A stretch of 64,000 bases of DNA from Macrostomum hystrix. Lineage: Eukaryota; Animalia; Platyhelminthes. Positions 12,142 to 24,656 of this stretch are shown piece after piece. The notes under the pieces are model-generated. The model did no database searches, was not told the DNA's origin, and saw only the letters and a program-made list of their open reading frames with translations. The DNA lies in NCBI GenBank assembly GCA_950097015.1, contig CATNEN010000001.1:1240001-1304000 (forward strand), in the 5' to 3' direction. Position numbers and translations under genes: made by a program. Within the stretch, counting starts at the first letter, position 1; each line of letters starts with the position of its first letter.

Positions 12142-15100
12142 TTCTAGGTACTGTTCTAGGTACTGTTCTAGGTACTGTCCTAGGTACGATTCTAGGTACT
12201 GTTCTAGGTACGATTCTAGGTACTGTTCTAGGTACTGTTCTAGGTACGATTCTAGGTACTGTTCTAGGTACTGTTCTAGGTACGGTTCTAGGTACGATTC
12301 TAGGTACTGTTCTAGGTACTGTTCTAGGTACGATTCTAGGTACTGTTCTAGGTACTGTCCTAGGTACTGTTCTAGGTACTGTTCTAGGTACGATTCTAGG
12401 TACTGTTCTAGTTACGATTCTAGGTACGGTTCTAGGTACTGTTCTAGGTACTGTTCTAGGTACGATTCTAGGTACGATTCTAGGTACTGTTCTAGGTACT
12501 GTCCTAGGTACTGTTCTAGGTACCGTTCTAGGTACGATTCTAGGTACTGTCCTAGGTACTGTTCTAGGTACTGTTCTAGGTACGATTCTAGGTACGGTTC
12601 TAGGTACGGTTCTAGGTACTGTTCTAGGTACTGTTCTAGGTACGATTCTAGGTACTGTTCTAGGTACTGTCCTAGGTACTGTTCTAGGTACTGTTCTAGG
12701 TACGATTCTAGGTACTGTTCTAGTTACGATTCTAGGTACGGTTCTAGGTACTGTTCTAGGTACTGTTCTAGGTACGATTCTAGGTACTGTTCTAGGTACT
12801 GTCCTAGGTACTGTTCTAGGTACCGTTCTAGGTACGATTCTAGGTACTGTCCTAGGTACTGTTCTAGGTACTGTTCTAGGTACGATTCTAGGTACGATTC
12901 TAGGTACGGTTCTAGGTACGGTTCTAGGTACTGTTCTAGGTACTGTTCTAGGTACGATTCTAGGTACGATTCTAGGTACGATTCTAGGTACTGTTCTAGG
13001 TACGGTTCTAGGTACTGTTCTAGGTACGGTTCTAGGTACGATTCTAGGTACGATTCTAGGTACTGTTCTAGGTACGATTCTAGGTACTGTTCTAGGTACG
13101 GTTCTAGGTACTGTTCTAGGTACGGTTCTAGGTACTGTTCTAGGTACGGTTCTAGGTACGATTCTAGGTACGATTCTAGGTACTGTTCTAGGTACGGTTC
13201 TAGGTACTGTTCTAGGTACGGTTCTAGGTACGATTCTAGGTACGATTCTAGGTACTGTTCTAGGTACGATTCTAGGTACTGTTCTAGGTACGGTTCTAGG
13301 TACTGTTCTAGGTACGGTTCTAGGTACTGTTCTAGGTACGGTTCTAGGTACGATTCTAGGTACTGTTCTAGGTACGATTCTAGGTACTGTTCTAGGTACG
13401 ATTCTAGGTACTGTTCTAGGTACGATTCTAGGTACTGTTCTAGGTACGGTTCTAGGTACTGTTCTAGGTACGATTCTAGGTACTGTTCTAGGTACTGTTC
13501 TAGGTACGTTTCTAGGTACGATTCTAGGTACTGTTCTAGGTACGGTTCTAGGTACTGTTCTAGGTACGGTTCTAGGTACGATTCTAGGTACGATTCTAGG
13601 TACTGTTCTAGGTACGATTCTAGGTACTGTTCTAGGTACGATTCTAGGTACTGTTCTAGGTACGGTTCTAGGTACTGTTCTAGGTACGGTTCTAGGTACG
13701 ATTCTAGGTACTGTTCTAGGTACGATTCTAGGTACTGTTCTAGGTACGATTCTAGGTACTGTTCTAGGTACGATTCTAGGTACTGTTCTAGGTACGGTTC
13801 TATGTACTGTTCTAGGTACGATTCTAGGTACTGTTCTAGGTACTGTTCTAGGTACGATTCTAGGTACGATTCTAGGTACTGTTCTAGGTACGATTCTAGG
13901 TACTGTCCTAGGTACTGTTCTAGGTACTGTTCTAGGTATGATTCTAGGTACGATTCTAGGTACGGTTCTCGGTACGGTTCTAGGTACTGTTCTAGGTACT
14001 GTTCTAGGTACGGTTCTAGGTACGATTCTAGGTACGATTCTAGGTACTGTTCTAGGTACGATTCTAGGTACTGTTCTAGGTACGATTCTAGGTACTTTTC
14101 TAGGTACGGTTCTAGGTACTGTTCTAGGTACGGTTCTAGGTACGATTCTAGGTACTGTTCTAGGTACGATTCTAGGTACTGTTCTAGGTACGATTCTAGG
14201 TACTGTTCTAGGTACGATTCTAGGTACTGTTCTAGGTACGGTTCTAGGTACTGTTCTAGGTACGATTCTAGGTACTGTTCTAGGTACTGTTCTAGGTACG
14301 ATTCTAGGTACGATTCTAGGTACTGTTCTAGGTACGGTTCTAGGTACTGTTCTAGGTACGGTTCTAGGTACGATTCTAGGTACGATTCTAGGTACTGTTC
14401 TAGGTACGATTCTAGGTACTGTTCTAGGTACGATTCTAGGTACTGTTCTAGGTACGGTTCTAGGTACTGTTCTAGGTACGGTTCTAGGTACGATTCTAGG
14501 TACTGTTCTAGGTACGATTCTAGGTACTGTTCTAGGTACGGTTCTAGGTACTGTTCTAGGTACGATTCTAGGTACTGTTCTAGGTACTGTTCTAGGTACG
14601 ATTCTAGGTACTGTTCTAGGTACGGTTCTAGGTACTGTTCTAGGTACGGTTCTAGGTACGATTCTAGGTACGATTCTAGGTACTGTTCTAGGTACGATTC
14701 TAGGTACTGTTCTAGGTACGGTTCTAGGTACTGTTCTAGGTACGGTTCTAGGTACTGTTCTAGGTACGGTTCTAGGTACGATTCTAGGTACTGTTCTAGG
14801 TACGATTCTAGGTACTGTTCTAGGTACGATTCTAGGTACTGTTCTAGGTACGATTCTAGGTACTGTTCTAGGTACGGTTCTAGGTACTGTTCTAGGTACG
14901 ATTCTAGGTACTGTTCTAGGTACTGTTCTAGGTACGATTCTAGGTACGATTCTAGGTACTGTTCTAGGTACGGTTCTAGGTACTGTTCTAGGTACGGTTC
15001 TAGGTACGATTCTAGGTACGATTCTAGGTACTGTTCTAGGTACGATTCTAGGTACTGTTCTAGGTACGATTCTAGGTACTGTTCTAGGTACGGTTCTAGG

Positions 15101-15375
15101 TACTGTTCTAGGTACGGTTCTAGGTACTGTTCTAGGTACGGTTCTAGGTACGATTCTAGGTACTGTTCTAGGTACGATTCTAGGTACTGTTCTAGGTACG
15201 GTTCTAGGTACTGTTCTAGGTACGATTCTAGGTACTGTTCTAGGTACTGTTCTAGGTACGATTCTAGGTACGATTCTAGGTACTGTTCTAGGTACGATTC
15301 TAGGTACTGTCCTAGGTCATTCTCTAGGTTCAGTTCTAGGTTTGATTCTGGTTACGATTCCATGTACGATTCTAT
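12142..15375. repeat. 12-bp minisatellite TCTAGGTAC(TGT/GAT/GGT), about 265 units with interspersed variants
   Basis: Strict 12-bp phase over 3.2 kb; degenerate units at both edges. Confidence 0.97.
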
Positions 15376-15799
15376 GCACAATTCTTGGGCACTATTTAAG
15401 ATACGATTCCGAGGATAACGGTGAAGCTTGGAGGTCTCTGCATAGAATGCTAATTAGGGACTCAAGAGACTCAAGTTGAACGGTGAAATTGTGTAGTTTT
15501 TGAGGTACTTTCGAGGCCAAGAAAAGCCTGCAACAACTCACTGATAAGCATGGCTACACGAATTCATTATGATGAAAATCGATCTGATACAGTTTAGATC
15601 GATAAATAATCATTTAAGGGCAGGCCAGTGTATTTTCTCGCAACTAGAGTACATTTCACATGCGAAAAATTACTAGGCACTTTACGGCTCATGTCATATA
15701 CGAATATAACATTTGAGATCGAAAAATACCAACCTGTGTTCTGGAAACAATAAACTAAAATAAAATAGACCCTAAAACTTATTTGTGGTTATATTGCTG

Positions 15800-17780
15800 C
15801 GATTCTAACTAGATTCCTAGCTTCAACTCTGTCTAAATTCCTAGCTTCAACTCTGTCTAAATGAATTCCTAGCTTCGATTCTGTCTAAATTCCTAGCTTC
15901 GATTCTATATAGATTCCTAGCTTCGATTCTATATAGATTCCTAGCTTCGATTCTATATAGATTCCTAGCTTCGATTCTGACTAAATTCGTAGCTTCGATT
16001 CTATATAGATTCCTAGCTTCGATTCTATATAGATTCCTAGCTTCGATTCTGTCTAAATTCGTAGCTTCGATTCTATATAGATTCCTAGCTTCGATTCTAT
16101 ATAGATTCCTAGCTTCGATTCTGTCTAAATTCGTAGCTTCGATTCTATATAGATTCCTAGCTTCGATTCTATATAGATTCCTAGCTTCAACTCTGTCTAA
16201 ATTCCTAGCTTCGATTCTATATAGATTCCTAGCTTCAACTCTGTCTAAATTCCTAGCTTCGATTCTATATAGATTCCTAGCTTCGATTCTATATAGATTC
16301 CTAGCTTCGATTCTATATAGATTCCAAGCTTCGATTCTGTCTAAATTCGTAGCTTCGATTCTATATAGATTCCTTGCTTCGATTCTGTCTAAATTCCTAG
16401 CTTAATTGATACTGTCTAAATTCCTAGCTTAATTGATACTGTCTAAATTCCTAGCTTCGATTCTGTCTAAATTCCTAGCTTCGATTCTATCTAAATTCCT
16501 AGCTTCGATTCTATCTAAATTCCTAGTTTCGATTCTATCTAAATTCCTAGCTTCAATTCTATCTAAATTCCTAGCTTCGATTCTATCTAAATTCTTAGCT
16601 TCGATTCTATCTAAATTCCTAGTTTCGATTCTATCTAAATTCCTAGCTTCAATTCTATCTAAATTCCTAGCTTCGATTCTATCTAAATTCCTAGCTTCGA
16701 TTCTATCTTTATTTCTAGCTTCAATTCTATCTAAATTCCTAGCTTCGATTCTATCTAAATTCTTAGCTTCGATTCTATCTAATTTCCTAGCTTCGATTCT
16801 ATCTAAATTCCTAGCTTCGATTCTGTCTGAATTCCTTGCTTCAATTCTGTCTAAATTTCTAGTTTCGATTCTGTCTGAATTCCTTGCTTCAATTCTGTCT
16901 AAATTTCTAGTTTCGATTCTGTCTGAATTCCTAGCTTCGATTCTGTCTGAATTCCTAGCTTCGATTCTGTCTGAATTCCTAGCTTCAATTCAATCTAATT
17001 TCCTAGCTTCGATTCTGTCTAAATTCCTTGCTTCGATTCTTTCTAAATTCCTAGTTTCGATTCTATCTAAATTCCTAGCTTCAATTCTATCTAAATTCCT
17101 AGCTTCGATTCTATCTAAATTCCTAGCTTCGATTCTATCTATACTTCTAGCTTCGATTCTATCTAAATTCTTAGCTTCGATTCTATCTAATTTCCTAGCT
17201 TCGATTCTATCTAAATTCTTAGCTTCGATTCTATCTAATTTCCTAGCTTCGATTCTATCAAAATTCCTAGCTTCGATTCTGTCTGAATTCCTTGCTTCAA
17301 TTCTGTCTAAATTTCTAGCTTCGATTCTGTCTAAATTCCTAGTTTCGATTCTGTCTGAATTCCTAGCTTCGATTCTGTCTGAATTCCTAGCTTCGATTCT
17401 GTCTGAATTCCTAGCTTCGATTCTATCTAAATTCCTAGCTTCGATTCTGTCTAAATTCCTAGCTTCGATTCTGTCTAAAATCCTAGCTTCGATTCTATCT
17501 AAATTCCTAGCTTCGATTTTGTCTAAATTTCTAGCTTCGAGTCTGTCTAAATTCCTAGCTTCGATTCTGTCTTAATTCCTAGCTTCGATTCTGTCTAAAT
17601 TCCTAGCTTCGATTCTGTCTTAATTCCTAGCTTTGTTTTCAATTTTCTTGCTTTGATTCTAAATTCATAGTTTCTAGTGCCCACATTCCCAGCTTCGATT
17701 CCATCTAATTTCCTAGCTTCTATTCTATCTAATTTCCTAGCTTCGATTCTATCTAATTTCCCAGCTTCGATTCCATCTAA
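15800..17780. repeat. 24-bp minisatellite TTCCTAGCTTCGATTCTRTCTAAA
   Basis: Direct tandem periodicity (ILSKFLAS pseudo-ORF). Confidence 0.95.
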
Positions 17781-18192
17781 AGAAGCAAAGTCAGTGCAAA
17801 CGCCTTGAAATCACTGCCATTCCGACAAAAACCCACATTTTCGTACTGACACATCCGTCAGCACTTTACGCCCAGTCGAAGCTGTTAGATTAGATCCTGA
17901 TTCCAGGAATGAAACAGGATTTGATTTTTGAACCTTTCCTGCAACACGCTCTTCCTTCACCCGTCCAGAGAAAAGTTCATTATCCAAAGATTCTAGAAGT
18001 GGATGCTTTGCAACCGACAACAAGTCTGCTAGACATTCTAGTCCAGTAATTATTAGTGATTCTGGTAACCAAGACTGTTTTAACAGTGCTTTTTTAAACA
18101 ATTTCATATTTAGTTGCAATAATTATTACTCGCAGTTTATTCGACATTTTTAGTGATGAAGCGTGTGTAAAAAGACAATAAGAAGTTAAAAA

Positions 18193-18645
18193 GAACCAGT
18201 AGGGAGCGGATAAGGTCAAGTAGGAGCGGATATGGCCAGTAGGGAGCGAGTAAGGACAGTAGGGAGCGGATAAGGATCAGTAGGGAGCGGATGAGGACCA
18301 ATAGCGAGTGGATAAGGACCAGTAGGGAGCGGATAAAGCCAGTAGGAGCGGATAAGGACCAGTAGGGAGCGGAAATGGAGCAGTAGAGAGCGGATAAGAC
18401 CAGTAGGGAGCGGATGAGGACCAGTAGGGAGCGGATGAGGACCAGTTGCGAGTGGATAAGGACCAGTAGGGAGCGGATAAGGACCAGTAGGCAGCGCATA
18501 TGGAGCAGTAGGGAGCGGATAAGTCCAGTAGGGAGCAGATGAGGACTAGAAGGGAGCGGATAAGGCCAGTAGGAGCGGATGAGGACTAGTAGGGAGCGGA
18601 TAAGGCCAGTAGGGAGCGGATGAGGACTAGTAGGGAGCGGATATG
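18193..18645. repeat. About 21-bp minisatellite GGACCAGTAGGGAGCGGATAA
   Basis: Direct tandem periodicity. Confidence 0.92.
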
Positions 18646-19124
18646 AGCTGCATAGTACAGGGGAACAAAGTCAAGTGGCAGCAGACTCAGTCTGAGTCAG
18701 CTTACAAAGCCTAGCTTCCTTCCGCAGGCAAACGTCATTTCCAGCAGAACCGCACGCAGAGTTTTTAGTCTCATTTCTGAAGCCCTCCGGTCCTTTGACT
18801 CCAATATCAGTCAGCGGGGCATTGTTTTAACAAAATTTTTAGAAAGCAAACAATAATCATAATCTGCTTCGGCTTGAAGCAAATTTCGTGCTTTCAGGCT
18901 CTCATTGTTCGTAACTAAAGCAGAAACTGCCCTGGCTCCAGGTCCTCCTGCTCACAGACACAAGTACTTGAGTACTGCGACACTCAATCTACCAGCTCGG
19001 CTAACCAATGTAGAATGGGATATTAGGATTCCGATTTCCATAGTAAGATGGCTTTCTAGGATCGAAACGTAAAATTCCGGTTAGATTTCCCGTAATAACA
19101 CACTTGTTACATACACAGTAATAT

Positions 19125-20410
19125 ACACACACCTGTTAGATATCCATTATACACACAAACACCTGTTAGACAGTTAGACACTCAGTAACACATGTTAGAC
19201 ACCCAGTATTACACAAAAACTCCTGTTAGACACCCAGTATTACACAAAAACTCCTGTTAGACACTCAGTATTACACAAAAATTCCTGTTAGACACTCAGT
19301 ATTACACAAAAACTCATGTTAGACACACAGTATTTAAAAAACACACCTGTTAGACACCCAGTATTACACAAACACACCTGTTAGACACACAGTATTTAAA
19401 AAACACACCTGTTAGACACCCAGTATTACACAAACACACCTGTTAGACACCCAGTATTACACAAACACACCTGTTAAACACCCAGTATTACACAAAAACT
19501 ACTGTTAGACACCCAGTATTACACAAACACACCTGTTAGACACCCAGTATTACACAAAAACTACTGTTAGACACCCAGTATTACACAAACACACCTGTTA
19601 GACACCCAGTATTACACAAAAACTACTGTTAGACACCCAGTATTACACAAACACACCTGTTAGACACCCAGTATTACACAAAAACTACTGTTAGACACAC
19701 AGTATTTTAAATACACACCTGTTAGACACCCAATATTACACAAACACACCTGTTAGACACACAGTAACACATGTTAGACACCCAGTATTACACAAACACA
19801 CCTGTTAGACACACAGTAACACATGTTAGACACCCAGTATTACACAAACACACCTGTTAGACACACAGTAACACATGTTAGACAATAGACACCCAGTATT
19901 ACACAAACAAACCTGTTAGACACACAGTAACACATGTTAGACACCCAGTATTACACAAGCACACCTGTTAGACACACAGTATTACACAAACAAACCTGTT
20001 AGACACACAGTAACACATGTTAGACACCCAGTATTACACAAACACACATGTTAGACACACAGTAACACATGTTAGACACCCAGTATTACACAAACACACC
20101 TGCTAGACACACAGTAACACATGTTAGACACCCAGTATTACACAAACACACCTGTTAGACACACAGTAACACATGTTAGACACCCAGTATTACACAAACA
20201 CACCTGTTAGACACACAGTAACACATGTTAGACACCCAGTATTACACAAACACACCTGTTAGACACACAGTAACACATGTTAGACACCCAGTATTACACA
20301 AACACACCTGTTAGACACACAGTAACACATGTTAGACACCCGGTATTACACAAACACACCTGTTAGACACACAGTAACACATGTTAGACACCCAGTATTA
20401 CACAAACACA
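19125..20410. repeat. 31-bp and 21-bp units (52-bp composite) with core CACCTGTTAGACAC
   Basis: Direct tandem periodicity; lies just beyond the RPL23 polyA signal (minus-strand AATAAA at 20486-20491). Confidence 0.93.
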
Positions 20411-20621
20411 TCGGTCAGACACATTGTTATTCAACGAAATAAATTAAAAAGACGCGCGGAGCAAGACACAGAACAGGGGCATATTTTTATTCCAATCAAG
20501 CAACTGCAAATCAATTCATGGCGAAACACTAACAAAGCAGTCGCTAACCCACTCACTCCAGTTCAGATATATTTATTTGCTTCTGTAAGTCTCAAAGTTG
20601 AGTTCCGCATTTTGCAAAGCT

Positions 20622-21756
20622 TCACTTAATCGAAGTGCAGCTAGACGCAATCTTTGGCCATAGATCTGCGGCTTCCTTAGCAACCGGCCCGGTGATGGCA
20701 GAGCCCTTCATTTCGCCCTTATTGTTGACAATCACACCAGCATTGTCTTCAAAGTAAAGAGTGTCGCCATTTTTGCGTCGAAACGATTTTCTCTGGCGAA
20801 TGATCACGGCCAGCATAACTTTCTTGCGCAGGTCCGCCTTGCCTTTGCGCACGCTGCACACAATGAGATCGCCAACACCGGCTGCTGGTAGACGATTTAG
20901 ACGGCCTCGAATACCAGTCACCGCGAACAGGTTCAGAACCTGCATTGCGGAATCAGAAAATTAATATTAGTTGATTGCATGAACAAAACTGAAACTACTG
21001 AAAGTAGTGCTGTTTGATTTTAACTAGAAGACAATTATTTTTAAAGATAACTTGGTGGGGTAAAAATTGCAAAAAGAAAACGCACAATCATATGACAACA
21101 ATTGGTGCCAGAAGATCTGCAGCCAGCGAAGATGCAATTCCGCCTATTCTGCTGACTCCTGAGTATGCACACAAAAATATACTGTACACATGTAAACAAG
21201 GGTGTACATCTGCCCTGTACACTCTCAATGTGCCATGGAAGTTGGCCCTTAAAGAGCATAATTTATAAGACAAGTCCTCCAAGCCTATCTACATGGCTGC
21301 ACCACAAATGAATATATCGATCATGTGTAGAGGATAATAAATTACAAGCATGAGTGGAAATCTTGTTAAAAATATGAACAGGAAATGTGCTTTTTCAATA
21401 TAAAATTTTAGATAGATGAATAAATATCACATTTTTTAGAATTTTGGATAACTACTACAGAAAACCTATACCACCAAATACAAAATATAAATATAAACAG
21501 GTTAAAAATCCCAAAACAAGGTTAAATTTCCTAAAAAGTTAAGCTTAAAATGATTTTATATAATAAAAATTATAGAAGGAAGAATAATTATTTTCAATAG
21601 AAAAGCAAAGAATTATTAAGATTTTGTTAGCAATAACCATTCTGAAGCAATGCTTACCTTGGCACCACTATTATCAGCGCAATTAACAGCAGCACCAACT
21701 GGTAGACCAAGAGACACGCGAAACTTGGTTGAACGAGATGTACTGCGCTTAGACAT
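20622..21756 (-). CDS. RPL23: 60S ribosomal protein L23 (uL14), divergent, 138 aa; coding exons 21756-21658 and 20939-20622
   Basis: [23 protein letters not shown]|VLNLF...[13 protein letters not shown]...[28 protein letters not shown]; phase-0 GTAAG...TGCAG intron. Confidence 0.95.
21095..21320 (-). mobile_element. SINE body fragment in the RPL23 intron
   Basis: GCCAGCGAAGATGCAATT...GCTGACTCCTGAG...GTGTACATCTGCCCTG...GTTGGCCCT...CCAAGCC matches 25398-25580. Confidence 0.75.
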
Positions 21757-22285
21757 GGCAGTGTCTTGGCTGCAAGTGGCAATATAAAAATAATGAAAGT
21801 TTTTTCTTTTTTAAATCATAAGCTACAATTTTAAAAGTGGTTTTAAATAATACATATCATAGTCCATTCATTAAAAATTATTGATACAAAGTTCTACAAA
21901 ATCATGCATAGTACTTAGCAAGTTCTTTAATTTCTAAATGATTCTTTTGATTAAATTTTGAGCACCTAGCCATATTATTTTAACAATTTTGTGATTAGTA
22001 TACTTAATGCTTTCTATTTAATATATTTAGATCCATTCACAAAATTAACTAATTAGGATAGTTAGCTATTGTATATAAAGGCTAGGCCTACACTATGTCG
22101 TTTAAAGACAGGGGATGCCACACCCACCCTCACATAGCCTAGATATAATGTTGATAGGTTTAGTGGTAGCTCATATTAAACAGCTAGCTGGGAGGGCGGA
22201 AGCTATACAGTGCAGAGCAAAAGGCAATACTTAGGGATACCAGTCCACTTTGGCAACAAGCCACTTTGACACTAGCTGAAATATA

Positions 22286-22847
22286 GGAATACAGGACAGT
22301 TTGGTAACAGACAGTTCGGTAACACTCAAGGACAGTTCGGTAACATACAGGAGACAGTTCGGTAACACACCGGGGACAGTTCGATAACAATTGAAAGTCA
22401 ATAAAATCAATCTAGGTTGGTTCTAACAATGTTTCTACTATCGTTGCTAGGACACAACTGACTGATGTTACTGATGTATCTGAAACTGACACGTCATTTA
22501 GTGTGTAAGTAGGGTAAAGGCTCGTTCAAAGGGATGTACAAAGGGATGAAAAATTAGTGCAAATTGTGTGATCACACGAAATTTGGCCTCACTTGATGAC
22601 TGTATGAATGGGCCTTAAGTGTGCTAGTTGGCTGCTGAAATACAATTTATTGTAGCATTGATATCAATATACAAGAATTGTATTTTATCCAAACTAAATA
22701 TAAAATAATTTTGCAAAAAACCCTTCCAATCCAGTTTAATCAATTGTTACCGAACTGTCCCTTGATATGTTACCAAACTGTCCTATGGTGTTACCAAACT
22801 GTTCTGTGGTGTTACCAAACTGTCTGTTACCGAATTGTCCTGCTACC
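22286..22847. mobile_element. Foldback-type MITE with about 110-bp TIRs made of GACAGTTCGGTAACA sub-repeats; TSD AAATATA(G)
   Basis: 22286-22393 is the imperfect reverse complement of 22740-22847; GG...CC ends; AAATATA on both flanks. Confidence 0.82.
22518..22615. mobile_element. 98-bp Tourist/PIF-Harbinger-like MITE
   Basis: TIRs AGGCTCGTTCA / TGAATGGGCCT flanked by TAA on both sides. Confidence 0.65.
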
Positions 22848-23744
22848 AAATATAGCACTTAAATTACATAGACACCTATTTTTATCTTAAATATTGTAAA
22901 GCTCAAGTTATGAAACTATACTGGATACCAAATAGTGCCACTTTATATTAAGCTTAGACCTAAAATAACTATTGGGAACAAAATTACAAATGTTGCCAAA
23001 ATGACAATTGACAAAGTGGTTTGTTGCCTAAGAAAACTAGGCTTGACTAGGCCTATAAAAGTGTCTTATTAAAGTGTAGGGAACTTATTTATTAGAATAG
23101 AAAAAAATTATAGTTCAAGACTCAGACCCTTTTTACTTAACTTATTTAGTAGGCCTACAAAGCTTAAAACTTTAAATAGCCCTAAGCTTATAAATTAAAA
23201 AACCAATTAGGCTAGCAACATCTTATGTCTTATGACTTACTGAAAAAAGTTACAAGTACTAAAATAGGCATACACTAGCTATGTATCCTATTTAATTTAA
23301 ATAAGCAAGTTGTATTTTTTTAAAATAATTTTAAACTTATCATGAAGTTTAAACTGTTGGTACATTTTCTTCTTTTTTCTTGGGTTTTCTTGGGCCCTAT
23401 ATTTATATTTTTTGCACATTTACTGCAAGCAGTGGTAACATATTTAAAATTAAAAAAAATTAATAACAATAAAAGAGGTATTTTGAAACTAAAAACGTTC
23501 ATTTTTGTCATCAACATAAAGTAGCTGATTCCTTTGCAGTGCTAACCTGTTGTGTTGATGACTTGATGTAACCTTAATATTTACAGAACACTAGAACAGC
23601 AAACATTATTTTCTTAGAAATTTAAATGTAAAATGGTTTTAAACCTGCTAAATGTAGCTATATTACAACAAATATACGTAAAATATTAAAAAAATACGTC
23701 AAGAACTGTAAATTCAAAGCATCTTCAAGCAAATGATAAGTTAC

Positions 23745-23779
23745 TTAATTTTTTTAAAGTGTTTTGGCAAAAAAGGAAG
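23745..23779 (-). promoter_or_regulatory. Candidate TCT/5'TOP start and first non-coding exon of RPL23
   Basis: Minus-strand CTTCCTTTTTTG followed about 30 nt later by a GTAACT donor; acceptor TTGCAG 13 nt before the RPL23 ATG. Confidence 0.55.
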
Positions 23780-24049
23780 CTACAACATTACGATTCATTT
23801 TGAATTTACTTTACTTCAAGTAACTACAAGTACTTAACTTAACTTACTTAAATTTAAAGAGCCGGTAACAAATTCAATGCCAAAACGAGACCTTGAAAAC
23901 GCATGCAGCGTTCTCTATGTAGGGGTTCCCAACAGACATTTTTCTGTTTAAAAAAATTAAAATAAACACCACGAACTCTCGAGCAGAGAATGTATCTCAG
24001 ACTATAATATATAAAGTGGCGTAGACAGGATTGTTGTTCAGTGGGAACC

Positions 24050-24656
24050 TCCGGGGCGTCACAAATAGGGCGTAGCTCACACTGGCTGGCTGTCCTGAGC
24101 AGGTAGCATAGCAGCTGTTGCTGGCTGCCTGCAGTTGTCGTCTGGCAATAGGTCAAGCACTTGTTTTCAGACCTGACAGCTACGTTAGGTAGGGTTGGCT
24201 GCAAAGCTGCGGTGTCTGCACTCTGTCGCTCCTTCACGGTGAAGTGGGCGTCTGTAATTAGACAAAACTAGCGTAACTAAACGCCACAAAGTCCGCAGAC
24301 TCACTGTCGTATCTCTGACTAAGCACTGAATTTTGTCCTGCGGCCTCACAAATCAGTTTGATATTTCCCAGACACGGGCTGCTGCACTGGCTCTTCTCGG
24401 CGGCAGATCCGTACGAGCCGTAAGAGTTTCCGCAAAAGCAGTATTTTCTGGCCTGCAAACCGAAGAACGAATACTTCTCCATGCAGCATGCAGTAGTTAC
24501 TGCACTCCTCACGAGTCATACTGCTATACTGTTCAGCTCTTTAATTCAGCTCTCTCGGACTGCTTTCAATGGAGCAGTCGACACAGAATAATCGAACTGC
24601 CTGACCAGCTGCAGCCAGAAGAGACACGCAGACTACCGTTAAAAGGAGAGCTTCAT
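24050..24656 (-). pseudogene. Signal peptide plus WSC domain pseudogene, with a possible degraded PAN/apple-like second exon
   Basis: LLLTVVCVSLLAAAGQA; MTREECSNYC / EKYSFFGLQARKYCFCGNSYGSYG...CSSPCLGN...IC is the WSC Cys pattern; in-frame TAA, a 7-bp duplication frameshift and a frameshift near the ATG; 53-nt GT-AG intron 24304-24252. Confidence 0.75.

Larger units (their letters stand above)
22252..23028. mobile_element. Older degenerate inverted-repeat element hosting the foldback MITE
   Basis: GGCAACAAGCCACTTTGAC (22252-22270) pairs with GACAAAGTGGTTTGTTGCC (23010-23028); true termini unclear. Confidence 0.5.

Noticed and set aside
16433-17575. ILSKFLAS amphipathic-peptide-like ORF
   Set aside because: Part of a 24-bp array whose other units contain in-frame stops; no true ATG or signal peptide.
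17811-18119. 102-aa minus-strand ORF between arrays
   Set aside because: No recognisable homology or supporting splice structure.
21095-21320. Possible intronic snoRNA in the RPL23 intron
   Set aside because: The sequence is a copy of the dispersed SINE; no convincing C/D or H/ACA boxes seen.
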